A DNA stretch of 64,000 bases from assembly GCA_965197925.1 (NCBI GenBank), contig CBDAOC010000018.1, positions 160,001 to 224,000 on the forward strand, written 5' to 3'. The number at the start of each line of letters is the position of its first letter. Position 1 is the stretch's first letter. The notes below the pieces were generated by a model, which worked only from the letters and a program-made list of their open reading frames with translations, searched no databases and was not told where the DNA came from. Origin of the DNA: Nitrososphaerales archaeon (GTDB taxonomy: Archaea; Thermoproteota; Nitrososphaeria; Nitrososphaerales; UBA213). Below, piece by piece: positions 43,697-55,514 of this stretch. Made by a program: the position numbers and the translations under genes.

Positions 43697-45109
43697 TTGG
43701 TAAAATTCATTATGCTAGGATTCGACGGATGTTCACCGGAACAGGTTTACAGACACACTGATGAGTTGCCGAATATCAAGAGAATAATGGATGCTGGCGG
43801 ATATGGGGTAAATAAAAGTGTTATACCTCCTATAACGCCACATGCATGGACAACCATCTTTTCAGGAAAGAATCCAGGCGCGTTCGGATACTGGGACTTT
43901 CAGTATAGATCGAGCTACTCCTACGTGGAAGATCAAAGAGCGACATCGATGACATGTAAAGAGCCTAGACTTCACAATATTCTTCCCAAGAAAGGTTTTA
44001 AGATGGGAATGGCAGGAGTACCACTCTCATCGCCACCTTTGGATATAATGAACGGGTTCTGTATATCTGACTTTATGACAGGAACAACCAAGGGAAATTG
44101 GATACATCCTCCTACGATGGCCCCGGAAGTACACAGTTGTTGCGGAGATTGGATCTTTGACGCATCTACGGTAGATGAAAATTTCAGAAAGATGGAGAAA
44201 GGAAAGCTGAAACAGAGAATAGCAGATATGGATGTACAGAGGTTCAAGCTTTTCAAAGCAGTTCATGAGAAATACGACTTCTTGGCAGCGGACTGTATGG
44301 GTACAGACAGAATGGGACATTTATTCTGGAGTGACTTTGATCCTAAACATGTAAGGTTTGTAGAGAACTCTCCACACCAGGATGCCTATGTTGAGCACTT
44401 GAAGTTCTTGGATAAGAACGTCGGGGAGCTAGTAGACAAAGTGGGAGGCTTGGAGAAGACAAACTTTATGATATTGAGCGATCACAATGTGCAGAGACTA
44501 GATGGAAGATGTAACATCAACATGTGGTTGATCGAGAATGGATATATGAAATTGAAGGAAGGCGCAAAACCAGAAATAAAAACAAACCTAACAGAATTAC
44601 TGACAAATATGGTCGATTGGTCACAGACTAAAGCATGGGGAAGTGGCTATCAAGGACAGATCTTCTTGAACATGAAGGGCAGAGAGAGATTTGGTATAGT
44701 CGATGAAAAAGATTATGACACCGTCCTTGACGGAATACTCAAAGAACTAAGTGATTTCCCAGACGAAAAAGGAAACAAGATAGAGGGTACCAGAGTAACG
44801 AAGAGAAAGGACGTATACAGTGGGAAATATTCTCATTTGGCACCTGACCTGTTCTTATGGATCGGAAATGGAAATTGGGCTGTAAACGAGAGACTTGGAT
44901 ATGATTCATTGTACTCATATGACACATTGTTAGGCCAAGACGATGGAATACATGGCGATGACTGCACATTCATGATGGGTGGACCTGATGTTCCCCGCTT
45001 GGGCGAAATAAAGGGAGGTAGCCTGCTTGATATTGCACCTACAATGCTTGACATAATGGGCGTAGAAAAACCATCAGACTTCGAAGGAAAATCTTTCATA
45101 AAGAAATAA
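43697..45109 (+). CDS. Alkaline phosphatase superfamily (nucleotide pyrophosphatase/phosphodiesterase-type)
   Basis: GFDG, PPITPHAWTT..SGKNPG, DRMGH, LSDH, DIAPT; TTG start with GAGGAG upstream. Confidence 0.9.
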   Translation: MVKFIMLGFDGCSPEQVYRHTDELPNIKRIMDAGGYGVNKSVIPPITPHAWTTIFSGKNPGAFGYWDFQYRSSYSYVEDQRATSMTCKEPRLHNILPKKGFKMGMAGVPLSSPPLDIMNGFCISDFMTGTTKGNWIHPPTMAPEVHSCCGDWIFDASTVDENFRKMEKGKLKQRIADMDVQRFKLFKAVHEKYDFLAADCMGTDRMGHLFWSDFDPKHVRFVENSPHQDAYVEHLKFLDKNVGELVDKVGGLEKTNFMILSDHNVQRLDGRCNINMWLIENGYMKLKEGAKPEIKTNLTELLTNMVDWSQTKAWGSGYQGQIFLNMKGRERFGIVDEKDYDTVLDGILKELSDFPDEKGNKIEGTRVTKRKDVYSGKYSHLAPDLFLWIGNGNWAVNERLGYDSLYSYDTLLGQDDGIHGDDCTFMMGGPDVPRLGEIKGGSLLDIAPTMLDIMGVEKPSDFEGKSFIKK

Positions 45110-45298
45110 GACAACTTACAACCGGTGAAATAAAAAACACAAACCCCCTTTTTTATATTTAGATAGAATTAACAATGTTTGTATTCATCAATTTTAATTA
45201 TATTTAATATATAGAAAAGTGCTCAATCGTGAACAGAAACTATTTCTAAATATGAATTGAAAAATACTTCATTGGTTCCTCTTACCCGAACAAACAAA

Positions 45299-45976
45299 TC
45301 ATTCTTCTCCAAAAACTATCTTTTCAAATATTGTTCTTCCTAGGAATTTAGCTTGTGAAAAGTCATGCTCTCCAAATACAGTCCGCTGGAAGTTAGCCTC
45401 ATCGTTAAATGTAGTGTTCTTAAAGTCAGCCTTCCTAAATGAGGCATCCTGGAAGACAGCTGTTCCATCAAACTGAGCTCCCTCAAAGCTTACCAGATCA
45501 AAGGTCGTACTTTTGAAGTAGGCAAGCTTTTTGAATACAGTCCGCTGGAAGTTAGCCTCATCGTTAAATGTAGTGTTCTTAAAGTCAGCCTTCCTAAATG
45601 AGGCATCCTGGAAGACAGCTGTTCCATCAAACTGAGCTCCCTCAAAGCTTACCAGATCAAAGGTCGTACTTTTGAAGTCTGTCAGATCGTGGAATCTAGT
45701 AAAGTCAAAATAAGTCGCCTTTTCAAAAACCTGGGTGACCCTCAGCTCAGGTAAGTTATATCCTATACATAACAAATCCTCTTTTTCTGAAATTGCAATT
45801 TCAATCTTTTTGATCAACATTTCATTTACTTCGCTTGGATTTTCTTGCCAGTAACCTAGATCATGAAATATGCAATGAATTCCTGTGGAAAGCGCTTCTT
45901 CATCACAACGATAAGGTATCTCCAACCAAGTATTATAGTTATAATACCAAGTTTGGAAGTCACACCGATTTGGCAA
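45299..45976 (-). CDS. Pentapeptide-repeat protein with N-terminal C..CIFH motif
   Basis: Repeating xxF pentapeptides; internal 145-bp duplication. Confidence 0.85.
   Translation of the reverse strand: MPNRCDFQTWYYNYNTWLEIPYRCDEEALSTGIHCIFHDLGYWQENPSEVNEMLIKKIEIAISEKEDLLCIGYNLPELRVTQVFEKATYFDFTRFHDLTDFKSTTFDLVSFEGAQFDGTAVFQDASFRKADFKNTTFNDEANFQRTVFKKLAYFKSTTFDLVSFEGAQFDGTAVFQDASFRKADFKNTTFNDEANFQRTVFGEHDFSQAKFLGRTIFEKIVFGEE
45375..45678. repeat. 145-bp direct repeat, period 159 bp (in frame)
   Basis: 45375-45519 matches 45534-45678. Confidence 0.9.
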
Positions 45977-46263
45977 ATCATGTTCACGCTCCTATGAACT
46001 CTCTAATAGGTCAAACAACGTATTTAACCCCTCAATAGATACTCATTAAATCTACTATGCATTTAAAGGCTCAAAGAATTCTTCTAATTCTTGAATTTTG
46101 CCGCATTCGACATAATTCTCCATTAGATGATTTCCCTTAACAGCAAATCCAAGTATTAAGGTATGTTCTCTGTGCTTCTTACCCGAAGGAAAGGTATACT
46201 TCCCATGTAAAAAGTGTATTTACTCGGGCAAATGTTATATCTTACAATTTTCAAGTATTGTAA

Positions 46264-46692
46264 GTGAAATGGGTTACCCGTGAGAAGGCAAAAGTTGACA
46301 GGATTGCGTGTCCATGGCTCATAAAGAAATTCGTCGATCCAGAAGCCGAATTTCTCTTTGTTTCTGCGGATAATGTTATGAAAGCTGCAAATGAACAAAA
46401 TGCCATTCCCTTTGATATTCCAGATGTGGAACTCGGCCATCATGGTGAAAAATGTAGTTTTGATGCCATTATAGAGAAATACAACATCCAAGATAGGGCC
46501 CTCTTCCAGCTTGCAATGATAGTCCGGGGTGCAGATACTCCTAACAGAACATTAACTCAGGAATCCCTTGGACTTGTAGCTGTTGCAGAGGGATTCAGAG
46601 CAATAACGAAGAATGACTTTGATAACATGCACAAGCAGTTTTTTGTGTATGATGCTCTTTATGAATTCTGTAGGATTAAGATGTTAGAATAA
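46264..46692 (+). CDS. chrB: Chromate resistance protein ChrB domain
   Basis: MKWVTRE..KVDRIACPWLI..FVDPEAEF, HHGEKCSFD, IVRGAD. Confidence 0.9.
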   Translation: MKWVTREKAKVDRIACPWLIKKFVDPEAEFLFVSADNVMKAANEQNAIPFDIPDVELGHHGEKCSFDAIIEKYNIQDRALFQLAMIVRGADTPNRTLTQESLGLVAVAEGFRAITKNDFDNMHKQFFVYDALYEFCRIKMLE

Positions 46693-47319
46693 CAAGATAA
46701 GAAAATGTTTCATATGGTGTTCTGATGAAACTGCTGTGTTGAATAATCAACTTAGAGAAAATAGAATCTTCTTACCATGAGACTTCAACATACTCGCCGA
46801 GAAACAAGTATCACGTAGAAACCAGGATTATTCATCTTTGGCTTAAGTTGAATAAAAAATCTTCTACCCATTAGAAATGAAACTGGTTCTAAAAGTTGGT
46901 AACTACAAAAGTATAGAGGTTGGTTTCAAATGACCCAATTCCATTATGAACAAATGACGTGAAAGATCTGTCGTTCCTTTTCTCCGATCTACAATTCACA
47001 ATTGACAAAACGAATTTCATTATATGAACGACTATTCTTTACGGCATTGATATTTTGTTGTATACTTTTCTAACAAATAGGAGAACAATGATACCGTGTA
47101 TAATAGTTTATTCTTATTGCTCCGATATTACTTAATGGACTAACTATGTATATGTACTAAAGTTGGTTTGTGCCGTATGAAATCATTATCATCCATCATC
47201 ATGCTGCCTACACGGTTTGCTCCGTAATCAATCGTCTTCCTTTGTAAATATATGTCAAGCGTTAATTCAAACCACAGGATGGACCATTTATTCATCAACC
47301 TAATATATTACCTATTATA

Positions 47320-48190
47320 CAACTCATCTCAAAACTAACCATTTAGACAATTTTTAGCAACCATTTAGATCCATGAATAGCGACATCTAAAATTATTTTA
47401 TGAAATTCCAAGAATTATCAGACAAACAGTGGAGTATGATGGAATCACACATACCACCACATGCAAAAACTGGCAGGCCTAGGGATGATGATAGAAAAAT
47501 CATTAACGGAATAATCCATGTTCTAACTACTGGATGCCGATGGGACGATATGCCAAAAAGATATGGTGATGATTCTACTGCAAACAGAAGGTTAAACAAA
47601 TGGCAACAAAAAGGAATCTGGAAAAAGATTCTATCGCGTACTATTCACTCAGCACATAAATCTGGCAAAATTAATCTACAAATATCAGTTGACTCTTCAT
47701 CCATTCCTGATAAAAAAGGGGCAATGTAACTGGATATAATGGATTCAAGAGAATAACAGGTACAAAAATACATGCCGCAGTAGAGAGTAACGGATTTCCA
47801 ATATCCATACTGTTGAGTCCAGCAAATGAACATGACAGTACAAAATGCATGGATGTTACAGGATCAATTTCAGACTATCTTGATGATGATTCAATACAAC
47901 AGATAGAACCAGTTTATGCAGACAAAATGATGCAAAATACATCAGAATGTATTTGTGGGATAGAAATATTGCATGTTGCATCCCATACAAAATAAATTCC
48001 AAGTTCATCTTGCAAAATAATGATTGCAAACATTGCAACAAGACAAGATTTGTAGTTGAGAGATTCCTTGCATGGCTCAAGAATGGATTTCACAGAACAA
48101 GAATCAGGTATGAAAGAACGGCAGAAAACTACCTGGCATTTGTTAATCTTGCATCATTTTTGATGTATTGTAGGGTTTTGAGATGAGTTG
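47320..48190 (+). mobile_element. IS5-family element type A, copy 2
   Basis: Near-identical to 6627-7513 with the same TIRs and the same ORF B frameshift. Confidence 0.92.
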
Positions 48191-49116
48191 ATGGTGAGAT
48201 GCTTCATCGTTAGAGTATGGATAAGAATACCAAGCAACAATGCTTTGCATGAATACTATTCGATAGACATGCCATACAACAGGAAGGTAATGAAGGCATG
48301 TGGTCTTAATAGGTTGCCAGACAGAAGAACATTCGACAGAAGGTCAAGGCCGTATCAATTGACATAAGATCAAGGATAGATGTTATGGGTATGCTCTTCA
48401 TAAAAGATGGGTTGGTAGACCCATCCATAGTATCCGTTGACAGTTCCTTGTTGAAAGCAAAGGGACATGTATGGCATAGATCAAACATGAAGAAGAATGA
48501 AGTGCCACGCTCCGGTATAGATACAGATGCTCGATGGGGCTACAGCAGAACCAAGGGATGGGTATTCGGATACAAGATGCATCTAGCATGTAGCACAGGT
48601 TCATTGATAGTTCCATTATCAGCTGATTTCACAACAGCTAACATTACTGATAACAAGATGTATGAAAGCATAACATCTTCATTGCCTACAGGAATGGTAA
48701 GGTATGTTGTAAGAGATGAAGGATATGATGATCACAAGTTATGTGATTTCAGCAGGTATAGAGGGCATCCAGTATTCCCATTGGAAAGGTACAAGCATAC
48801 TACAGATAATAATAGACTGGCATTGCTGCAGTTCTATCAATCTGAATTTGGGCAGCATGTATATTCTCGGAGGAGCATAAGCGTTGAACCATTGATAGAG
48901 CATATGAAAGATGTATTTACCATAGACCCATTACCAGTTAGAGGATTTGATAAGGTAAGGAGTATAGTGTTGTTATCAGTATTGTTGTATCAGGTAATGG
49001 TGTACTACAATCATCTAGCAGGAAGACCATTAAGGGCATTGAAGCACATGCTCGGAAGTTAATCAATCAGAGGCATCAAGTTATTTTTGTTATATGTAAT
49101 AATGCCCATGCCTCAA
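48191..49116 (+). mobile_element. 5'-truncated copy 3 of the 3501-4596 IS
   Basis: ORF 48385-49062 near-identical to 3868-4542; right end ATGCCCATGCCTCAA; left end replaced by IS5. Confidence 0.9.
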
Positions 49117-49169
49117 TTATATGTGAAACATACATTTTGCATATTCATAAATCAGTTAACTAAATCCTA

Positions 49170-49705
49170 AGGAATCATTTTTCTACAGGTATATTGGGTT
49201 TAAGCTCACTGAAATCCAAGTGATTTATTCTTCCCTCAATATACATCATCAATTCTCTAGTCTTTATCTCGATAATACTAGATCACTGATGCTTTCTGTT
49301 CTTATAGATAACACTCATTCCAAAAAGTTTTCCAAGTTTGGTTAACAAAAGTTTTACAGCATTTGGTCTTAATCTAATGTTCCCTTTTAGTTTCTAGGAA
49401 ATCCTTCTTCTTTATCCACTTCCTAAATGCAATTTTAACAACAGTGATATCTAGCCATCTAAAAGGTTCCATCAAATCATATACCAATGATGCCTTATTG
49501 TTGTAGTTTTCATGCAAAAATCCTACATAAGCATCCAAACCAACTTTGTTGACAGCCTTCCAACATTCACTTTCTAAAACAGAATATCCATAATTCAGCA
49601 AAGCGTTAACAGGATCAATGACATTCCTGGGTTTTCTTTGACCACTCCTGGCTTCAAACTCAAACTTATCATCAATTACGTTAGTTATAGCATCCCAGTA
49701 TCATT
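49170..49705 (-). pseudogene. cas1: Cas1 C-terminal half, casposase-like, frameshifted
   Basis: DPVNALLNYGYSVLESEC..VGLDAYVGFLH...SLVYDLMEPFRWL, then in shifted frames LRPNAVKLL and IKTRELMMYIEG....LDFS; no cas2 or array beside it. Confidence 0.85.
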
Positions 49706-50115
49706 GTATACCACAAAACACTTGTCCCCTGCCATTAGAATCATGTTATCTCACCTCACCCAACAATATCTTATCTTGAGGCGTAGAGAAGGCTAACAAA
49801 ACGATTATTCATAATATAGATTTGAGCCACTAGTTTTATACACCATCTGTCCTCGCTTCAAGACTAGAATCTGATAAGACCATCAATCAGATACATGAGT
49901 TCTAGTAAATTTACATTGAGCTAGAACATTTACACAGACAACATAAAGCTTAAGAGTATTTACGAACTAATTTACTGTTATGAACTGTCTTATACCGCCG
50001 GGAATATTCCTCGGTCTGATTCCAGTATTGTCATCTCTGGATATCTCTTCTTATTGAAATGGCCGTTCCGAAGGAATTCTTAACTTCACATATGGAAATA
50101 GTGTTAGGGTGTAGT

Positions 50116-52032
50116 ATGAGAATGAGAACAATATTATCATTTGCCGTGATTGCAATACTAACAATAAGCTTGGTAAGCGTGCCCTCGGTGTACGCTCCTT
50201 CCGCTATTCCAAAGGAGATCCAAAGGGTCCAAACGACCTTCCAGAAGTTAGTGTAGCACCATCTAAGATACGGGTTATTGATGGTGAGAATATTATAGCA
50301 TATACAAGACCTCTTTACACCGCCTTTGATGATCCTTCTAATCACGAAGTATCTACCGATTTACATGATGGAGTGGCAAAACTAAGCCTAACTAGAAGCG
50401 ACGGTACCTTTGGTTGTAGTGGAGCCTTAGCAAGTGATAAACTACATATTATTACAGCAGTACATTGTGTGGCCGACGATTTTGGAAATTACATTTTATT
50501 ATCTGGAACAGCTACATTTGAAGGCGATTCTAAATCTATAACCATACCAATAGATCCACTAAACTCTTTATCTCATCCTAATTATGATGGCGATTTCATT
50601 AGAGGAAATGATATAGCCGTTTTAAAACTTGTATCAACTGCTCCTCCCCCAAGTTCCAGGAATCCCCCATGCTACTTCTGATAATTCAGTTGGTCAAGTA
50701 GGAGATAAAATTGGATTTGGTTGGTCTGGGTTCTTGAGCTCCGGAGCTGACAGGCCCACTTATCCATTTGGCACCAAAAGGGATGGCCAAAACCAGTATG
50801 ACTCTTTTGCTGATACAATGTACTTAGCATTAGGATTGGTTCCAAATACGGACTTTGTACCCCAAACAGTATATCAATATGATTCTGATGATGGAGATTC
50901 ACAACATGATGCATTTGACTTTTTCTTTGGAAACTCTGACCTTGGTTTAGGTAATGCTGAAGTTATTTCCGCGCCAGGAGATTCTGGAGGACCGACGATT
51001 CTAAACGGAGAACTCGTAGGTATTACATCTTATGGAATAACCCTAGAATTCTCTCGAGGACCGCCTCCAAGAACTTCGGATTGTACCACAGAAGGTAAAA
51101 GCCCAATATTAGATAGCAGTTGTGGAGAGTTTGTAGGAGATACACGCGTCTCTTCTTATACTAATTTTATTGGTAGTGTCTTAAATTCTGGACCTAATAA
51201 TCCGCCCACTGCATTTGCTAATGGTCCTTACAGCGGAACGGAAGATTCAGCCATTTTATTTGATGGTATAGGTTCTTCAGACCCTGATGGTGATCAATTA
51301 ACATATTCGTGGGACTTTGGTGATGGTTCAGCTGGTTCAGGAGCAGCCCCCACTCACACTTATAGCTGGGGTGAAACATTCACTATTACATTAACGGTAA
51401 ATGATGGAAAAGGAGGTAGTGACACGGCCACTACTTCTGCTACAGTTACAGAGGTGAATGACCCGCCAACAGCTGATCCCAATGGTTCACACAGCGGAAC
51501 TGTAAACGAAGCAATAACATTTGATGGTTCCGGTTCATTTGATCCGGATAATCAAGATGGAACTACCCTCAATGATCAAACATTAACTTATTCATGGGAC
51601 TTTGGGGACACCGGAACAGGAATAGGTGTTAACCCACCTCACACATATACTTCAACAGGATCATTTACAGTTTCACTAACTGTGAGTGATGGAACAGCAT
51701 CTGATACCTCAACAACTACCGTTACAGTTAACGAGGTCTCGCTAGGGGTAACTGTTACATCAATTACTCCTAATTCTGTAGTTGAGGGTCAGTCAGTGGG
51801 TGTAACAATTGGTGGAAGTGGGTTCGTGTCAGGAGCGTCGGTTACATTATCAAGTGGTAGTGGTCTAACACCAAATGTTTCTAATGTTGTAGTTGATGAC
51901 ATTACCATTACAGCTACCATTACAACCCAAAATGGTGGCCCACCCCGTGAGCGTGTCTGGGACGTTACTGTAACAAATACAGATGCATCCAGTGATACTC
52001 TAGTTGACGGTTTCACAGTAATACCTAACTAA
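50116..52032 (+). pseudogene. Secreted trypsin-like serine protease with two PKD domains and an IPT-like domain; two frameshifts
   Basis: Signal peptide, CSGAL, TAVHC, NDIAVL, GDSGGP, YSWDFGD x2; split over ORFs 50059-50256, 50373-50681, 50629-52032. Confidence 0.85.
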
Positions 52033-52424
52033 ACAAGAATTCCTACTAGAGCTGAATATTTAGAAGGTAAATCTCAAAGTATTTTTCAGGATTAGAACTA
52101 TTTTAGGGTAGGTTCATTTGCTGGTTAGAAGTTAATGACATGATAATGTTAGCTCTGGACCTATTACAACATCTGGGTGTGAAAAGATATAGAACAAAGG
52201 ATGGAAAAGGGGCCCATAAAAATAATTTGAAGGAAATAAATATACCAAATATCTCCATATATCTTCAATAAGTTCAAGCTTCTTCGATGCTTCGAGTCTC
52301 GCTTAGTTTCCGAGTTTGTCTAGCTGTATCTCATGTATATTTGAACAGAGAAGAAAAAGTAACCAACAGGTCAGTTGTCAATCACGAATTATGATTTATA
52401 CCTGAATCTAGGTGGATATTCGTC

Positions 52425-52967
52425 ATGGAAGGGGATAACGGAGAAAATGAACAATTTTGGCGCAACCAGTACGGATTTGTGCTTAATGCTTTGCAACAAG
52501 AAGGCATTAAGTTTTGGACAAGATTTCAATCATCCCTTATAGTGAATGGAGGTTTGTTATCGATCTTTGTTGCTATTTTGTTGTTTTTTCAAAATTCAGA
52601 TTTACAATTGACGTTTCCTCTAAATACTCCGATATGGATATTTACTGCATTTAATTGGGTTCTTATAATAATTATGGGATTGGGTATATTGATATCTTCA
52701 ATTTGGCTAGAACTTACAAAAAATGGAGCGAAGTGGCAGGGTTATTGGGTTAATTTAGGTAGAGATTTAGAGAACACCAATCAAGAAAATTGCGAAGTAT
52801 TTATTTTCAGGAACTTAAGGAGAACCGAAGATGCTTATCCAACAATCAAATGGTCACTAGTAATTCCTATTTTGTTCGTAATTAGCTGGGCATTAATTCT
52901 ATCCCTATTTCTGTATTCATTGTTGCAAAAAACTTTGCTTGAATATTCTTCAATATTCATGTCTTAA
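52425..52967 (+). CDS. Three-TM membrane protein of unknown function
   Basis: 180 aa; FWTR...NG.L and W.......WQ.YW patterns with three hydrophobic segments. Confidence 0.65.
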   Translation: MEGDNGENEQFWRNQYGFVLNALQQEGIKFWTRFQSSLIVNGGLLSIFVAILLFFQNSDLQLTFPLNTPIWIFTAFNWVLIIIMGLGILISSIWLELTKNGAKWQGYWVNLGRDLENTNQENCEVFIFRNLRRTEDAYPTIKWSLVIPILFVISWALILSLFLYSLLQKTLLEYSSIFMS

Positions 52968-53049
52968 AAGTTTATTTTATATTCAAGATGCTAGAGGATT
53001 CCATATGAATTAGAGAAGGGATTCTGTGAGACAATTGTTTTTGAGATAG

Positions 53050-53140
53050 TGGGCCCGGAGGGATTCGAACCCTCGGCCTGAAGCTCCGCAAGCTCCCGCC
53101 ATATCCTCTCTATTCTATACGATGACTAGGCCACGGGCCC
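53050..53140 (-). tRNA. tRNA-Arg(GCG) with about 16-nt insertion in the D-loop
   Basis: GGGCCCG acceptor, anticodon arm GGAGC TTGCGGA GCTTC, T-arm GAGGG TTCGAAT CCCTC; 91 nt total. Confidence 0.88.
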
Positions 53141-53181
53141 GTATTAACAATAATAATAATTGAGCATTTTAACTTTGCAAA

Positions 53182-53505
53182 CTAAGATTGTAAGGCGCTT
53201 CCACAATTGGGACAATTGGTTGAACCTCCAATGTAAAAGATAAAGGAACAGTTAGCGCATTTATTATTAGTCAACTTCTGGATTAGATGGAATCCATTAT
53301 TACTATTCTTGCTTATTACATTGTTGGTTTCTAAAATTTTCAATAAATTAACAACTTCCTCTTCAGTAGTATACCTGTTAAGGCTCATCTTTGCCTTCCT
53401 AATAATATCTTCTACGGCGAACTCTCCTAGATCATTGTAATGGTAATATAGTAACTGTCTTAATACATACTCAGTCATTATCATAAATTTAACACCTATC
53501 CACAT
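53182..53505 (-). CDS. Hypothetical protein with C-terminal zinc ribbon
   Basis: CANC...CPNCGS; directly downstream of lysS. Confidence 0.7.
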   Translation of the reverse strand: MWIGVKFMIMTEYVLRQLLYYHYNDLGEFAVEDIIRKAKMSLNRYTTEEEVVNLLKILETNNVISKNSNNGFHLIQKLTNNKCANCSFIFYIGGSTNCPNCGSALQS

Positions 53506-53521
53506 CGTAATAAGTACTAAT

Positions 53522-55102
53522 CTAGATATACCGTTCCAGCGCTTCTACAACCTTGTCTGAACCAATGTCAACAATATATGGCCCCAGTCGTGGACCCCTT
53601 TCTGCACTTAGAAGTATATTATAGAGTAGTTTAAAAAAATCTCTTGGTTCTACTTTATTACTTCTTGCTATCTCGAATATTTTCGTCTGCAGATTCTTGG
53701 CATCATTCTCACTCTTTACAACCTCAATTAAATCAGTTAAGGCATGCTTCTGGTTCTGATTAATGATAATTTCTCTTTTCTCATAATGTTCAAAATCATC
53801 GGCCCAGTTGGAAGCAAGAATCACTTTCTCAACCAGATCGTCTGAACTCTCCTTTATAGTTCCGTAGCTCTTTAGTTTATTTGTTACATAATCCATTCTG
53901 TTGTCTCCGCTGGAGACGGATGCCAGCTGAACGAGCAGCAAATATGGAACATGTTGCGATGGCTTGGAAGCTGGATTCTGATGATTTATGTATTCGTAAA
54001 CCCCCCTAAGCTTTGTTTTCTTCAATTCATTATCAACTTTGATTTTCTCAAAGTAAATATCTTCAAGGTAATCATATTCTGTCATCAATTTTGGCACGTC
54101 GTTCAAATCAAGATTTCTGGTTCCCTTGATCCGTTTATAAAGTAGGAGCAATAATGATTGAGGGCTTCCATATTTTAACCAAATCTGTGGGGTAAACACA
54201 TTTCCAAGAGATTTCGATATCTTCTTTCCAGATTTATCCAAAAACATTTCATACTTCACGTGTATTGGATGAGGATACTTTAGAACTTCATCAGCAATCC
54301 AGTCATTTACCTTGACAGAGTCCATGATGTCCTTTCCATAAGCCTCGAATCTTATGTCCAATGCCTGCCATCTGGCAGCAAATTCTACTTTCCATCCCAG
54401 CTTACCTTCATTGGTTCTAATATCAGCAGAGCCTTCATGGGCACAACCGTCAATGAAATTGTTCCCCATTCTTGAGCCTTTACATCTGTACAGTACTTTC
54501 TTTTCTTCCTTCACATACTCATACGCTTCTGCAACGTAGATCCTTTTACAGCCATCGCAAATAGGGAAATAAGGTAATGAAGTTTTGAACTTCTCCTGTC
54601 CAACCAGTTCCTTGATCTTCTCACCAATGTATTTGGTATTGCTTAAAATAACATCAATCTGCTTTTCCATCAACCCTTGCTTGTAAGCATCTGTTCCACT
54701 TTGAAACCTGTATTCAACTTTCAATTTATCCAGGGCATCGACCAACAGGCTGCTCATGTGTTCTCCGTAAGAATTATGGCAGTCAAAAGGATCAGGTATT
54801 GTTGAAACAGGTTTGGCTAGATAATCCTTGAGCCAATCTGGAAGACCTTCAGGAACTTTCCTTAATCCATCCATGTCATCCGAATAGGCAATCAGTTCAG
54901 ATTTGTAGCCCATATTCTCAAGCGCCATCTTTATTCCGTAAGCTCTCACAGCATCACCCAAACTTCCAATATGTGGTATCCCTGATGCACCCAAACCACT
55001 CTCTACCCTGATTAGGCTAGTGTTTCTTCCTATCTTCTTCTCCCTCTCAATCAGTTTAACCGCTACCTTGTCTAACCAGGTGCCTCTGCCTATAGCCCGC
55101 AT
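53522..55102 (-). CDS. lysS: Class I lysine--tRNA ligase
   Basis: SGIPHIG, DDMDGLRKVP, KLGWKVEFAARW, FEAYGKD, KISKS, GPRLG. Confidence 0.96.
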   Translation of the reverse strand: MRAIGRGTWLDKVAVKLIEREKKIGRNTSLIRVESGLGASGIPHIGSLGDAVRAYGIKMALENMGYKSELIAYSDDMDGLRKVPEGLPDWLKDYLAKPVSTIPDPFDCHNSYGEHMSSLLVDALDKLKVEYRFQSGTDAYKQGLMEKQIDVILSNTKYIGEKIKELVGQEKFKTSLPYFPICDGCKRIYVAEAYEYVKEEKKVLYRCKGSRMGNNFIDGCAHEGSADIRTNEGKLGWKVEFAARWQALDIRFEAYGKDIMDSVKVNDWIADEVLKYPHPIHVKYEMFLDKSGKKISKSLGNVFTPQIWLKYGSPQSLLLLLYKRIKGTRNLDLNDVPKLMTEYDYLEDIYFEKIKVDNELKKTKLRGVYEYINHQNPASKPSQHVPYLLLVQLASVSSGDNRMDYVTNKLKSYGTIKESSDDLVEKVILASNWADDFEHYEKREIIINQNQKHALTDLIEVVKSENDAKNLQTKIFEIARSNKVEPRDFFKLLYNILLSAERGPRLGPYIVDIGSDKVVEALERYI

Positions 55103-55514
55103 TTTGGAAATTTAATATTTCTAGTAATTTAAGTCATTTTAAAGTAGTTTAAACTTGCATATTGTGCAAAGCATATGTAAATTCATGATAACCAAGTTGA
55201 ATGGGCCGTTAGAGAATTGATCTATAATATTGGGAGAGGAATCACACAATAGGGCACAGACTTTCAATATTGCTTCAGTTTAGATATTGTGAATAGAAGA
55301 GCTAGATTGATAACCTTAACATTGATAGATAAAGTTTTGAACAACTTGAGCAAGAATGAAATATTACATCGATAGATTAAGATGAAACTAATTCAGAATT
55401 ATTCTGGTATCTACACAATCAGTGAAGGATACAATTACATCTTATACATCCGGAAGAAAGAAGATAAAAAAACAGAATATACATTGGTTATGAATCTGCA
55501 ACCTAAAATACCTA

